From assembly GCA_030141605.1 (NCBI GenBank), contig JAQGDQ010000237.1:124001-188000 (forward strand): DNA of 64,000 bases, in the 5' to 3' direction. Within the stretch, counting starts at the first letter, position 1. Each line of letters opens with the position of its first letter. Below are positions 15,120-29,800 of this stretch, in pieces. The translations under genes and the position numbers were made by a program. The notes under the pieces were generated by a model that saw only the letters and a program-made list of their open reading frames with translations, was not told where the DNA came from and did no database searches. The DNA comes from Tubiluchus corallicola (Eukaryota; Animalia; Priapulida).

Positions 15120-16537
15120 ATAGTAAGATTAAATTTCTCAGGTCTGGACATGAAATATATTCAAGTTAGATGTAGTTTTTCTAAGTTGCATTAAACAAAA
15201 GCTAAAATTGTCAAGCTAAAATTTCAATTGATTTTGGCTATCAAGTTTAATAAAGTGAATAGCATTTGCATTTCCGGCAACGACTTCAGTTAGAAAATTG
15301 TTTTGGATTTTTCTTAGATTATTGAATTATGCAGTTATGAAAGTGAAACGACTGAATTTTTGGTTTCTCTTCTTCAAGTTGAGTGATAATTGTTTTACTG
15401 TAAGTCGCTGTCTTGTTAAAAAAATCTCACCCAATTTGACTTCTATGAGCCAAACAAGAACATCTTGTATAAAAAAAGTGAGAAGGAGAGTTACAGATAG
15501 TCATTTTATTTTACACATGTCTCCAGTAGATGGCGATGCGGGTAATTTTGTTGGTGGTGTTGGTCATACTAATGGGTATGACATCAGATATTCAGAAACT
15601 GATAATTAGCCTGATGTTAGTGTCCTAGTCACACTATGTATGAGTGTATATTATAGTACATATTGTTATGCGATATTAAATCTGTTAAAATTTGTTGTGT
15701 ATGTAAAAGTTATGATTTATCAAAGATTATTCTTGCAAATTAGCAAATTTAGCTTACTCTGTGAATAAAAGCATCCTGGATACAATAAACACGATCTACA
15801 TACAGTACTTTATTAATGAACTTAGTTTTTGCTTTGCTTTGCCCGAGGGCGAGGAAGAATTTACGCAAAGCACACGTGCACCTACGTGTATCACGTTTTG
15901 CTATGATAGAGTAGGATTTCATCGTACGTTCTAAAAGAATTATAATGATTGTAATGAGCCACTTGCTTGATATGAAGTAGACTAAAATATGAGTGATATG
16001 TCTTATTACTTACAAGATTTGACCTTAAGGTACGACTATGTGTACGTGATGCTTGATCCGCAATGCATATGCAACAGTTTGTATTTAAACATGTAGAAGT
16101 GTTTCCATGTGTACGTAATGCGTGATCACTATAGTCCGAATATGCATCACGCTGCAATACGCAGACGGGAAACTGCCATTGTCTAGATGATTATAGCGAG
16201 TTTTCAAGTTTCCGGTGACCATTTTCGCTGTTTAGTGGAAGAAGCACGTAGTAAAGTGCTATGCATTTAACAACAGTTTTTTCACTAAATGATGATACAT
16301 GCCGTATTGTTTTCTCCTCTGCAAAATGTTGTGCACCCAAAACCTGTGTTTTCTTTTAAATTTTTCTGTCTAATAGTGCAATAATAAGCTAATGCTGGAG
16401 CTGTAATTATCACGGTTAAATTTCGATGGAGAATGGTTTCCAAAAACTGCTTGCAATAGCAACCAAAAATAGCAGAAAGAGCGTCATGTGCTTTGTTGAC
16501 ACGCTTAGCGTTTACAGACACATGGAAACAGTGAATG

Positions 16538-16630
16538 CGCGTCACACATTGCGAATCATATCATCACAGAACGCGCATTACGCGTCACACTGCGGATCAT
16601 ATCATCACAGAACACGCATTACGCATCACT
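16538..16630. repeat. ~41-bp tandem duplication, ~2.3 copies
   Basis: ATCATATCATCACAGAAC(G/A)CGCATTACGC occurs at 16555 and 16596. Confidence 0.8.
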
Positions 16631-18132
16631 GGAACATGGAGTCGTAGCTTTACAGTTTAAATTTATTTGTAGTTTTCCATGCAAAATCACAAAAGCCTCA
16701 AAAGTGAGCTTTACCTAATAATCTTGGAGCAGTCAGGACCTTCCAACAGCTTTCTCAGAGTGTAACTCATAAACATGCAAAATTTTGAATAAAAACGATT
16801 AACAGTGGTGGACTGGATAATTACAACATTATGGCTGAAAAAAAATCCTCTAGAATTCTTGGAAAAATATTAATGAAAGTCCTCTCTATTAGCTTCATAT
16901 ATACAAAAGAGGGAAATGATGACTTCCACTTTTACATTAGATATATGCTGGCAAGTGAACCTCAGTAGCTGAAAATAAGGTGTTATAACTAGAGGGAGCA
17001 AAACTTGGAACTACCCTCTTGATTAAGCAAACGTCCCCCGAAGGGCGGTCTAAGTAGTGTGACGCCCTAGGGAAGTGTTCTTAGCGCTCCCTCCTCCACG
17101 ATCAACCCCTTCCCCACGCTTCCCACAGCAACTGCAAAAGCGGCAAAATTAATCTTTTCTGTAAATTAATTTAAGTACAATAGTACCTGTTTGTAAGGCA
17201 TGTACACTATATAAGTATTATACTGTACTAATTAAGTGTAGTTTGTTTATTATGCTTGTATTGATTAAAATGGAATATATGACTCCACTGTACGTGCTGG
17301 GTCTTCAGAAGCAATCAAATTCCCGCTACTCTCGGCTTCTAGATTTCCCCCTAGCCTTTTCACCAGAAGATTTTTGAAACCTTAAACTCCTCTTTTTTCA
17401 CGTATACATCCTTTTCACTAGCTTCATCATCTTCACAATTATAACTCTGGTCTACTTCCAAAATTTGGTGCCTGCCTCAAAGATTTGGCATCCTAGGCAA
17501 CTGCCTAGTTTGCTTTAATAGTAGAGCTAGCCTAGTTCCCCCTGGTTTCAAATCTAGTTCTACATGGACTACTTGCAAAAGTCACATACCAATTAACACG
17601 CATTACAATTAGCAACTTTTTCATTTGCTAAATATCAAACAAATTTATAAAAAACGAGAAAACAGAAATTAAATGCGTTTCAGTAAGTTATTAGTATATT
17701 TTTAGATAATCTCTAGTACAGTCTTTGCAAAGTACAAAAAGCTAACTCACAACCAAGATGAATCTATGAGTTGTCATGCGGTTCATTATATACTTGTTTA
17801 GAAGCCATGTGTTACACATGACATTGACTTTAGATTTGCACTTAATTTACAAGAACTAACAATCTGTATATGCAGAACAAACACCAGCAAAATTATCTTA
17901 GAAAAATAAAAAACATGAAAAAAATATAGTTGTAACAAAATATTTATAATCAAAGCAGACCAACCAATGGCTAAACTATCAAGGCAGAAAAACAGAAGAT
18001 ATGAAAAATACAAGTGTAACAAACTATCACAATGAAATCAGAATAAAAAACTAGGAATGTTTCAACGGTACACCTGCTTTACGTAGTCGGCACTACCACA
18101 CAGTGCAGGCAAGAATGAGAGGCAACAAGCAA

Positions 18133-18316
18133 TGGCGGGCCACATTTACCAATAGGCATAGTAGGCCATTGGTCCGCGCCAAACTGGCAGGCCACATTTA
18201 CCAACAGGCATAGTAGGCCATTGGTCTGGGGCCCAACTGGCAAGCCACATTTACCAACAGGCATAGTAGGCCATTGGTCTGGGGCCCAACTGGAGGGCCA
18301 CATTTACCAGTAGGCT
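18133..18316. repeat. ~53-bp tandem repeat, ~3.4 copies
   Basis: GCCACATTTACCAA(C/T)AGGCATAGTAGGCCATTGGTC recurs at ~18139, 18191 and 18244, with a partial copy at 18297. Confidence 0.9.
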
Positions 18317-18638
18317 ATTCGCCTACGACCCACGGGTATCTAGGCTCCCACTGAAACTAATTCATTGCACAGCATGCGAGCGTATAATCTTGTTTCAGGT
18401 GTATACCGGGTATTTCACACAGGGCCCCTGTACAATAAGTGTAAGCACATATTTGGGAGCCTGCTGATGAGCTTAGCCCAGGGGCCACCAAGTAAATAAA
18501 TCCAACCATGAACACTGGTGCATACATTTAGGACTAAAGAGAATATACAGTGGCCATGCACATTACACAAACATGTAACAGGAAACAGCTGAGATCAGTG
18601 TTTTATTGATACAAATGAGCATCGCACAGACTAAGCTT

Positions 18639-18835
18639 TCAACAACACTTAGGAACTGTAATCATATGAACATTACTAGAGCCAATATGCCAGTCAATCA
18701 ATACTGCAGTCACACAGCGGCCCCTATTATTTCTAATACGATGTTTTGGTGCGAGCCTTTCTCTTCTTAATACTTGCTGATTTTCTTCAAGTTCTTGGTG
18801 TTTATAATCACTGTTGTAGCTTGTAAAGTAATTAC
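18639..18835 (-). CDS. Candidate alternative terminal exon of the Jupiter gene
   Basis: TTACAG acceptor, then 197 nt open in phase 1 (the phase of the Jupiter exon-4 donor): GNYFTSYNSDYKHQELEENQQVLRRERLAPKHRIRNNRGRCVTAVLIDWHIGSSNVHMITVPKCC*. AATAAA lies about 32 nt after the stop (18602-18607). Confidence 0.5.
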
Positions 18836-18935
18836 CTGTAACTATATTTCTAAATCACAACACGTATCTTTCTCATTTGTATCATTTATTGGAAAACAGT
18901 CCACTTGTATCATCTGCATTACATAACAAGGTGGA

Positions 18936-19629
18936 CACGGGGCAGATTCAGGATTTTTAGAAAAACAGGGCATTGGAATGTTTGGGATACTACCGCGGAG
19001 CAGGCGGGAGCTGGGGAAGGGGATGGGTCTGGGTGGCTCTCCTCTCAGGAATTTTTTTTGCAAATTTGGAACCGGTTTTCTGTAATTTGAGTACATCTGA
19101 GTCCGAGTTAATCAGGGCCATAACATCAATCATTCCTTCAATTTCGAGAAGTTTGACGGTAAGACAGACTACTGAGAATGAATCCCCTAGTCGTATTTTT
19201 CAAGTTCGAGATCTTTTTAACTTCCATACCGATTTTAAGTGTCACAAAAAGTTAAATGAATATTCGATTTCGCTGCGACATGAATTTACGTTACATATAC
19301 TACAGATTGAATGAAAATGAGAATTTTCTTTTTTTCTCTTCCACTCAGAGTGTTCAAGAACTCGCCCAAAAAAGTAATTCAATTTCAATTCAAACAAATG
19401 GACAGCCAGCTTCAGTCTCAGTCAGTTACACTCAGTTTCCTCGAGGTGAGGATTCCCCTTTAGTATAACTAACAAGTGCACATTTGACTAATTTAGCGTT
19501 ACAACAATAGACAGCAATAGACTTCACACTTCACACATGAACGTCATGGTTGCATTCTGAAATAAAATAATTTTCTCGTAGCAAAAATGGGGAGGGAGCA
19601 CAGGCTGTGTCCCCCTGGATCCACCCATG
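18936..19629. mobile_element. Degenerate hAT-like MITE
   Basis: Imperfect TIRs CACGGGGCAGATTCAGG ... CCTGGATCCACCCATG with GC-rich subterminal blocks. No clear TSD. Confidence 0.45.
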
Positions 19630-20870
19630 GAACATGCCATATCTATTAAATTCCATTTTAAATGATTTTAAATTTGCTTCAAAAATCTTGTTTTACTTTG
19701 CTCATGTTCCAATTCAATTATCTCAATAATCTCAAATTGTTTTCCCCTTCTAAGTCTGACATTAATTTTCTCCACACTGCCCTACTCTGCTTCTCAACGA
19801 CACAACAAGTCAGTCAGTCAGGTTTGATAAGTACTGAGCTGCTCAATCACTCAGATGCTTAACAAATCAGTATGCAGTTGGCTAGTCAGTCAATTAGTGG
19901 GTTATAGAGGCAGTCAGTATCAGCGACTAAATCAGAGAATTAGTCGGAAAGTCAATGGCATAATTAAAAGTTAATCACTAGTTTGTCAGTTAGTTGGCCA
20001 GTGATGTGTATCAATTAGTCAGTCTGTCAGTCAGTCAGTTTCAGTGAATTACTTATCAGTCAGTAAACTTAGATTATTTGGTTTTCAGTAAAAAAAGGCT
20101 TCCACAATTTAGACAACCAGCAGATTTTTTAGCCACTGCTAATTGACAGTTTCTTTGTGCTTTCTGCATAATTAACAGACTCTCATACGTGACAGGCAAA
20201 GATTTGTCGCTGCGATGCTGCACCGCAGTATCAGTGCCAGGGTGCTAACACACCACTTGCACCTGCATAGGTGCCGATTACGTAAAGCCTGTTATACCCA
20301 CTGTGGTGCAACGAACTCAATAAACCACATGCAACAGTTGCATTAAACAAAACATTTCATACAATTAAACAATATTTCACAAAAATACTATTTTTCCAGT
20401 AAATTACAAACTTTTCCTAAAAAAAACTTGCAGCAACAATCAATGTTTAGGTTGAATCACAAGAGTTTAGGAAAAAAACTCATTTAAATACATTAGATAA
20501 TGGCTTATAGAAAAATAAATAAATAAGGCTTAACAAAGCCGAGGTAATAAATTCTTTGAATAAAATGCTGAGATATCAATGCCATCTTAAGAAAAAACAA
20601 GGAATTTAATGAAGTGATAACAATTGGGAAAGTAAGAGGAAGTGTGAATGAAAAAAGGACAGGTCCAGGTGATCAAATAGTATTTTATTTCTCAAACATC
20701 TTTTTAAATAAATGACAATGACCAGTATGAAAACAATGTTAGTTGAGAGTAAAGCAATACACAAAAATTACATATGAAATGTCAAATGCTGGAATATTTG
20801 TGAAGTATGAGTGATACAAAAAAATCTGTACACTGAGTGACGGGAAACAGTGAGAAAGTACACCTAAGAT

Positions 20871-23800
20871 CTACCATAAAGGTCCACTAGAACGACCACC
20901 AGGTGGAGCAGTGATCCTGGTGGCAACACGCTGCTGTTCAGCACCTTTGATTTTGTAGGCATCACCTGTAATCGGATTATACACACCTATAAAACAGAAA
21001 TGTATTTCAAAAATTAATAGGAAAAACAAATGTATGAATATTGTTAAAATTTTGATGATGTAGGTTTTCGCATGAGCATGACCACTAATTCCATGCAGGT
21101 TACAAGTAACAATTGTTAAATTTTGTTACGTACAGACAAATTAATGTCCATGCAACAGTTATACAGTAAGTCCCTGCTTAACCACACTGACGCGTTCCAC
21201 CAAACCTAATGTTAAGCAAAAGGTCATTAAATGAAGCCAGGGCTTCCATAGAAAGCAATGTAAAAGAATTAAGATACGTTCCTGAGGCAAAAATCAATAC
21301 TGTTGAAATCATATAACTTGAACATTTCATGAGTTTTATTCATACTTCTGCTGATTATTTTTTTTCTGCTTGCTTGAAACCAACTATACAAACGGCTAGC
21401 AGTCGGTCGAGAAGCAAAAACGTATATAATAATTGCACTGTTTACATTACTAGCGCATTTTTAGAACAGAATAATGCGATATGTTCTGTTTTAATGCATT
21501 AAGGTAAAATGTTGTCGATAAAATAAAAATTTGCCATGAGCAAAGTAAAAAAATCGACGTTAAAGTGAAACGAGGGTCATTAAGTGGATAAAAGGTGTCA
21601 AATAATCAGTGTCGTTAAAACAAAATTTCGCTAAACGGGAAGTTGTTAAGCGAGGACTTACTGTATGTGCAAATCAGCTCACAGGCTTCATGGTTCAAAA
21701 CAAAAACATAAATTAACTGCACATGCATGTCCATGCAGATAGTTAAACACACAAACATTTTAAATCAGAGTTTATAACATTAGTTATTCTATATATAGCT
21801 TGCTTTAAGCAAGCTAGTATTCAGTAATCTACAGCATAGTTTTCTTATTACATTTATAGTCTTACCACACACTTGCTAAACAAAATAAATAGTATGTATG
21901 CTATGACAAGCCCTCACTAAACAATCAAATAAGACGTGTTGGCAAGCAATCCCTCACAAATGGAATAAAAACCAGACAAATATCCAATCATATAATTTGA
22001 AACAAGATACAGATCAGTGGCGGGAGGATTAAGGGGCGACTGGGCCGCAGGGGCGACTGGGCCGCAGGGTGACTAGGCTGCAGCCACAAAACCCCCAAAA
22101 ATTTGAGGGATAAACTGCAAAGAAGAGACAAACGTGTCCAAATATCTTGTTTGCAGAATCATATGGCTGACTGCACTCCCAAATATTGTAAGTGAATTAC
22201 TTGACATGAGAGCCTAGATGAAATCTTCCACCAGGGGGCCCATGCAAGCTTAGTCCCACCCATATGACACAAATTCACTAGCAGACAAAAATTGCACTAA
22301 AAAACTGGCACAAAATTCCCACTAATCCTGAAAGACACAATCTAGTTTTCACTTATAGCAAACATTAATTTCACCATTAGTCATCTCCAGTCATTGCACA
22401 TGCGAGAAAAACTTCAGGTTTTAAGTGTGAATTAAGAGCAATTTTCCTTCACTAGACCCGTTTCCAGCAATCAATTAAGCAAGTTATTTTTCATTGGACA
22501 GGTGACTAACAAATGAATAACATCCAGTTTGAGATCCGACAGGAAGCCAAGTGATCTGAATCGGTCACAGTTTATATTTAACAAATGAAGTTAAGTAATG
22601 CTAGGTCTTGCCATTAAACGGTGGGGTGAGTACCAAGAAAACTGCTGCATTTGCCAGACTATCTCCAGTTATTTAACTTGTCGAAAGAGGACGTAAGCAA
22701 ATGCATCTGAGCCATCCTAGAGATTTATCTTGATAATGACCTGGATACTGGTCACACCACAAGGGTCGTATTTACCAACAGTGTAATTAGGCTGTAGGGT
22801 TTTGACGACAGCCGGATTTTAAGGGCCCAGTCTTAAAAATTTCTTATTCTCGAACACACTGCAAGCAGTTAGTGAGTCCGCATTTATATGAAGGCCACAT
22901 GAATTATTACATGTATGGTAGTACACTGCAAGCCATTGCGTAGCCTCCTTACATATAAGCGCTATGTAAATACTGCATATGTAATTAGCAATGAGCATGT
23001 AGGTACTATGTTATAGTGCTACTAATACATCACAACTCGCAAGCAATTTTATATTCACTTTGTATATAAACAATTATAAACCCACAAAAGAGAAGGGTGA
23101 TCTGAACTATCCGTCTAAGGTAGCATAAGGTCTTGTGATACGTGCCATTATGTACGACAAATATGTACATTATGTACGACAAACACGTACATGAAGCATC
23201 TCCTGCCATTGAGACAGATGTGCCCAGTACCAAGTACAACTGTATTAAAAATTCAACCATCCCAAACCACAGATTTGAGCAAGATAAAACTCATATCACC
23301 TCTCATGCGATCTTTGTACTGTTCAACAAGATCGGCATCGGTGGGCTTTCTACCCGCACCTTTGTCTACGACGTTCTGATTAGCGTCCACTCTCTTTTTA
23401 GAGACTGAAGTAGATTTCTTTGTAGCCTCTGTAGGAACAATTATATGAACAGCATGCAAATATATGAACACAAACTAGTGCAAGTGGTTTCAATTACAGG
23501 TAGTCGTCAACTTACGACCACAATTGCAATCGGTTCTAGGGGTTGGCTGTAAAAACAACTTGAATGCAAGTCAGAACTGTATGTTCAAATTATGCGCCCC
23601 TACATGTAAGATGTGTGCGTGTACTAAGTATTGCGGCGCTTACAGATGAATTAATCGAAACAAATATAAATTAATTTGCTTAAAAAATGAAAGAAGTATG
23701 AGTTATTATTAGTTTTGTACATATCTAATAATGAGATAATATATGAGTTAATAATGAATTAAGAAGTCATAAGGTCGAACCGTCGTAAGATAACGGCTAC

Positions 23801-26800
23801 CTGTAGTGAACTGACACAATACACAAAAAATTCAAACAACGGCAATGTTAAGAACACACGACAAGCACAAAATTGATGCAATGCAAGCAACGAATAAGAG
23901 AACAGATTGAAACAAAAATTTGCAATCATAACGCATTTGTAAACACTCACAGAATGAACAGGTGTACAATCAACATGCATTTCTCATGCAGTTACCACGG
24001 CAACTCAGCAGACTAATAGATAATGTTAATTTTAAGAGGATTCCTGAAGTTTAGTTAAGCACCAACCTGCTTTTGATGTTTCATTGTCTTTTGGTGTTTC
24101 CGCAGCTCCAGTATTAGTGGTTTCACCTGATCCTGTGGCTTCTCTGAAAAAGTTATAAAATTATATATTGCTATTTTACATGTTTGTTAATTCTGAAGTA
24201 CAAATTATTATTATTATTTCTGACACAGTATAGCAGCAAATAATGACCTACTTTAAACTACAAAGGTGCTGTTTTTGTAAATAACCAACCTAGCCAATTT
24301 TACACATACATTAAAAGATATTTTAGAACAAGTAACATTAATAACTGACAATAATTTACGCAGTCACTCTAAGGACATTGCAGATTCTTAGTAATACAAT
24401 AAACATCAACAAGTCTCTTGATTTACCCTGATTATGTTCACACTATACAAAACCATACTACAATAACCAGACCTGATAATGCAACACGGGATTTTAACGC
24501 TCTAATAATGTAACATATTTGAAATCACACACAAGTGCATAAGCATTTGAGTGTCAATTGTCTATCACAAATAAGTAGAAAATGGCTCTTGTATCAAGCT
24601 TCTGGCTTACAATCAATGGTGACATACAAAGGCAGAAAATTAATGAATTACAGGCTGATCTAATTGACCTAGCTGAGAAAGAAGTAATAGAGATAAACTG
24701 AATTGGCAATATAAATTGCAACTACTCTTACAAGACAATTTTTTATCTATCAGAGGTGTTTTCATGAAAATCTGGCGGGCTTTTAACAAAAATGTGCTTT
24801 CTTTGATAAGCTAAGTGCTGGGATTAGCGTTACTACCACTTCGAACAACATGACCAAGTAACATGACCCACATTTTCAGTGCAAAGTCAGGTAATCACCC
24901 AAGTGGGATAAAGTCAACAACTAAAACTTAGCCTATCCTTAAAGATATAGCAAGATTTTGCTTTGTAAAAAAACTTGTAATGTGGCTAGCAATCATTGGA
25001 AGTGCACATAAACATGACACGAACAGGGTAAAATTGTAGAATGTTTAAGAAAAGTAAATGTACCTGATTGTTAATAATTAAGAACCTGCTTCAAAATGTA
25101 ACGACTCAACATTATTAAGTACTTAATAAATGCACTATTACTCTAAAAGACGAGAAAATCCAGGACAATATGTGCTGTAAATATGGTAAAAATGAAGTTG
25201 GATAAAGGAATAGCAGCATAGTCACAACCACTGCTTAACAACAAAGTTCAGCATTTCTGGGCCTGGTTAGTAAATGGATGGATAGCAATCTGGAAAACTG
25301 CTTACGAGTGTTTCATTTGCCATGTTTAAAACTGAACTTACATGTTTTTATGGAACGTCATATTGTTAATTTAACGCAACAGAACACGGTCTATGCCCAT
25401 ATCATCAAAGAGTGTTTATATGACGTAGTGTATGTATGATGTTTATAAGAGTATCAAAGATATATATGACGTAGGCCTAAATAATGAGCAAAAGTAAATA
25501 ATCATATGTATATGTATATAAATAGTGTTGTAGTTTTTTTTCTGTTTAACTTAATTAACCAACTCAAAGGGTACAAATTAAAGTACAAATAAAGATAATA
25601 CATACATACTAATGCCCCCCGCTATTTTGCTAGTCAAACCAGAATGTATAACTATCAGAATGTCGTTATACGAATTATATTATACATAATATTGTCTTTC
25701 ATAATTAGAAAGGTTGCAGTCCTGCCACAATCCTAAAAAATGATAAGTTGAGTGCTGGGCACAAGTATGTCTAATTGTATAAAACATAATTTGGTAAAAC
25801 TTTTGTTTTATTTTACCAGGCAGAATAAAAAAGAATTACGTCAAGGAAAGCTACATCGAAAAATGAAAGAGTTGAAATGGAAACTAGAAAACAGTATAGA
25901 TTCAAAACACAGAAATTTGAGAAACGGTCTCATTTTGAAACTTCACTTAAAAGTGAAGTGGGCAGGTAAACTGTTACAGTCTCATATAATTTGCATTGTT
26001 ATTGTCTGACGTCTAGGTCACTGTGCCTAGAACAAAGGTGGAGGCAAATGTAACAGAAAACAGGTCGTGCGTTCACACTGCTGGCAACATTCAAATAGTA
26101 CTGTTACGCATAAAACCTACAGCACCTTACAATCGTGTTAATGGCATAAAGAATGGAAAAAATAACAGCAGACAATGTAAGAGGACTTAAAAAATATACG
26201 TGAACAAAAATGTGCAATCACTTTTCCACCTTCACCTAAGCAAGAAATGTATTAAATTAAGAAAGGGTTCACAAGTTAATTAATTTATTATATGTACCAA
26301 GCGTGTTATACGTTGAACTTCAAGCAATGCATGCTTATAAATAGAACAAGTAACTATGTACACATTGTAACTATAAACAACCAGTTGCCATGAGGTACTG
26401 TAAAAGTAGGCTAAGCTTATAAATACATATAATATATGTTATAAAGGCATATAATAATAAAGTTGTATTATGATAGAAGTACTAAGGCTGTTGTCATGGA
26501 ATGACACCATACTAATTTTTGCAGTGACTAAACTGATTGAATCTGTTTCTCTTTTTTGCATTCTCATGTGAATCTAATCTTCATTTTACTTTGTCATTTC
26601 TTCACTCTTTCTATCACCTTAGCATTTCATTCTCCTTGTTTATTTTATTTCACACATTCTACATTTTTTTCTTTCCATTTTGCCTTCTGCTTGGGCCTTT
26701 ACAAGTTTATCTTCTTGGCCCGTTTCAAAATATCTTTCAAAAGTTTGAATTCTCTCTTGTTCGTTGTAGGAAAAGTGTGTATTGTAATGTATGTAGCATT

Positions 26801-29800
26801 GTACATAATGTCAAGGGTTTTTGGAAAAATAAACTAAACCAAACTCATCTCAACACAACACAACTCAACTTAACTCAACTAAACTAAACTCATCTCAACT
26901 CAATTAAATTAAACCCCACCAAACCAAACTAAACTAAACTCAACACAACTAGACTAAACATATAACACAAGACCAGGCTATCAAGATATGCATTAGATTT
27001 CAGATTTTACTGCGAATTTGTGAGCCACAAAATTGTACTGAAATAAATAAATAAACTGTAGCCTTTAAAGCTACAGAGTAAGAAGTCAATCAACTTATCA
27101 AAACATGACTTGGTTGTACCAAACCACCTTCAGAACTGTTATGCACAAACAACGCATATAAATTCATTACAGAAACTAAATCGATCAGTAAGTTAAATTG
27201 TCCAATGCTGTGTTACCTTTCAACTAACACTACTACAACAATAATTTGTATATTAAATAGGATTACTGACACCAAGAATTAAGAATAAACAGCAAACTTT
27301 GGTAGAACAATGAACTTCTAATCGCATTTACTGTACAGGCTGACTGAAATAAATACATATTTTACTCAAATATTCATTTACAATTGCATTTTGAATTATT
27401 TTCCACAATTTAGCTTGCTTCACTTGAAAATCTAGTGTACTAGACATTTCCACGAACAGCCTGTAGCAGTGGCTACACACATAAAATATTAATTACACAC
27501 ATTTATGGATTTGAGAGCTATAAAGCTTTGAGCTATATACACCAAAGCTATTAGTCTAATAACCTTGAAAAAGTGGTTAAAGATATTATAGCCAGGCTAT
27601 CTGAATTCTCCAAGTTATGGCAGCGATCAGTATATTACTACAAATATATTCAAATGCATATCAGAATTTATATCTGTAGGTTTGTATAATGAAATTATGA
27701 ACAAGAGACGTCTACCCAGTGCGAAACAAACATACATGTACTATGTAATAGTACTAGTTATAAGTTTTATATATGAGTGCAATTGATTTAATGAGTTAAG
27801 CTCATTTTTCAGCCTTCTGTTACTGATGATTAAAATAATTTAAAAATGTTGGCTTGTGCTTAATTACGAACATACAAGAAAAAAGGTTTCGTACAAGAAT
27901 CGTAGGGCTGGCTGCTGAAAAGGCCAAATATCCCACACAATTCAATGCTCAGGCACTTTTGTCCAACATTTCTGACATTAAGCAACATACCGTACACGGT
28001 GTCAACAGTTTAATTTAACTAGACTTTAATGTGGCTTTTCCCAATTTCACCTTGAAATGATCACTATTTTTGTTTTAAAATGACGCTGAAGTGACGGAAC
28101 AATTCACATTGTCACAAGCTCTCACTTGACCACAAGACATGACAAAGTAACAAAAACATTTATTGTACATACTGAATGTTACTTTGGGCTCCCATTAAAA
28201 AAAATTTGTGAAACCACCTGACTCATTGACAAAACGTGCAATGAAGTAATCAAGGACTGGCAGATAAAAACTCAGTCCCGTGTGGGAAAACACAAACTTT
28301 CACAATTCACAGCTCACATGTTCAGGCTTTCAGGGTGTAATAAATGAACGCTTGTTGTTAATATAACAGAGCAGTTAGTTAGAATGCACCAACGATTGTT
28401 TTTATTTGTTAATATAATGGCTTAAGTGTTGCTGAATCTTAAAAATCGGGTACCCGACGAGTATAAGGAATAAGGAATAGTGGAATATTTTTATTTTGAC
28501 ACAAAAAGGAAAAGGCAAAAAGGAGATGACCATTCCAAAAAATCATCAAGCTGAGATGGTTTGAATGTATTAACGGGAGACCTTAGAGAGAAGCACATAA
28601 ATGAAAAGATGGCCAAAAACAGGAATGCATGGAGAAGACTTATTCACAACGGCGACCACGCATAGGGAAAAGCTGGGAAGCAGAAGAAGATTCCAATAAA
28701 TCATCAGTTCATCACTAGAAGCGACAGGAAGAGTTGTGCTAAAAACTGAATTATGCCACCGCAACACTGCTTGAAAGCTTTAACTTGGCTACATGTAAGT
28801 AAGTGGTTCGTCCTGAAGCCTGTCGTGTGGAGACCTGTAGCGATACACCGATGCATCGTGATATCTTTTGTGACGATACGTGGTAACGTCAAAGTGAACA
28901 AGTACTGCGCTAATCTGAATCATTGATATTTAGCACAAGCTTGACCGCCCACTGATAAAAACTGTAAGAAATAATTCAAGCTACAGCTGTGGAATGTACT
29001 GCAGTTTAACTCCACAGAGTTTAACTCCATGGTTACAATCATTGCATAGAATTAGCAGAGGAGGGGCTTGGCCTTGACACAGGCATCTGTTGCTAGCAGC
29101 CAGCCAAAGGGAAGCTGTTGAAAGCACAATGTGTTTGTAATATATGTAGTAGCAAATAACATTTTTGTTTGTAAGTTTCTGAAATGGCTTTCAGCAAATG
29201 TGGGCTATAAAATGCACCAGCATATTTTAAATCAAATGCATTGAACTGTTTTGCACTTCTGGTGGCTTACAATGCAAACAATACAACAGAGTAAACAGAA
29301 ACCAAACAATTATTTTAGCACTTAGCAATCTTACGACAGTTTGATAAATCTAAAATATATATATATCTGCAACAGCAAATATAGTCAAGTGTGCAGATGG
29401 CACCTGTTCTTCAATTTGCAAAGCGTAAATTTGCAGAGACATGCCCGTCTGTGATTAAACAAAAATGTTTTCTGGCACAGTTCAAGTCTGACTTTGGACT
29501 GAGATTGGGTGAGAGTTCCAGTTACCTAGATGCCCATTACAACCTTAGCCATGTTGACATCACGAATACATCTTGTAACTGGAATGGTAGCTGATTAATA
29601 AGTGTATTAAGTGACCTTAAGAGATTAACTGTTTAAATTTACTTACTTCTCATCATTTTCAGGAAACACATGTGAAGTCCACTTTTCCTTTGATCTAGCA
29701 TTTGTGCCTCGACAAGAATGATCCGCTGGTCCTTCATCGCTAAATATGTTAGATTTCTGATAGTCTGTCTTCTTCCTAATTACCGGTTCAGCATCACCAC

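Noticed and set aside
17328-17447. Minus-strand coding-looking stretch SYNCEDDEASEKDVYVKKRS...
   Set aside because: Short, weak acceptor, lies within hAT-MITE-like sequence and has no compatible partner exon.
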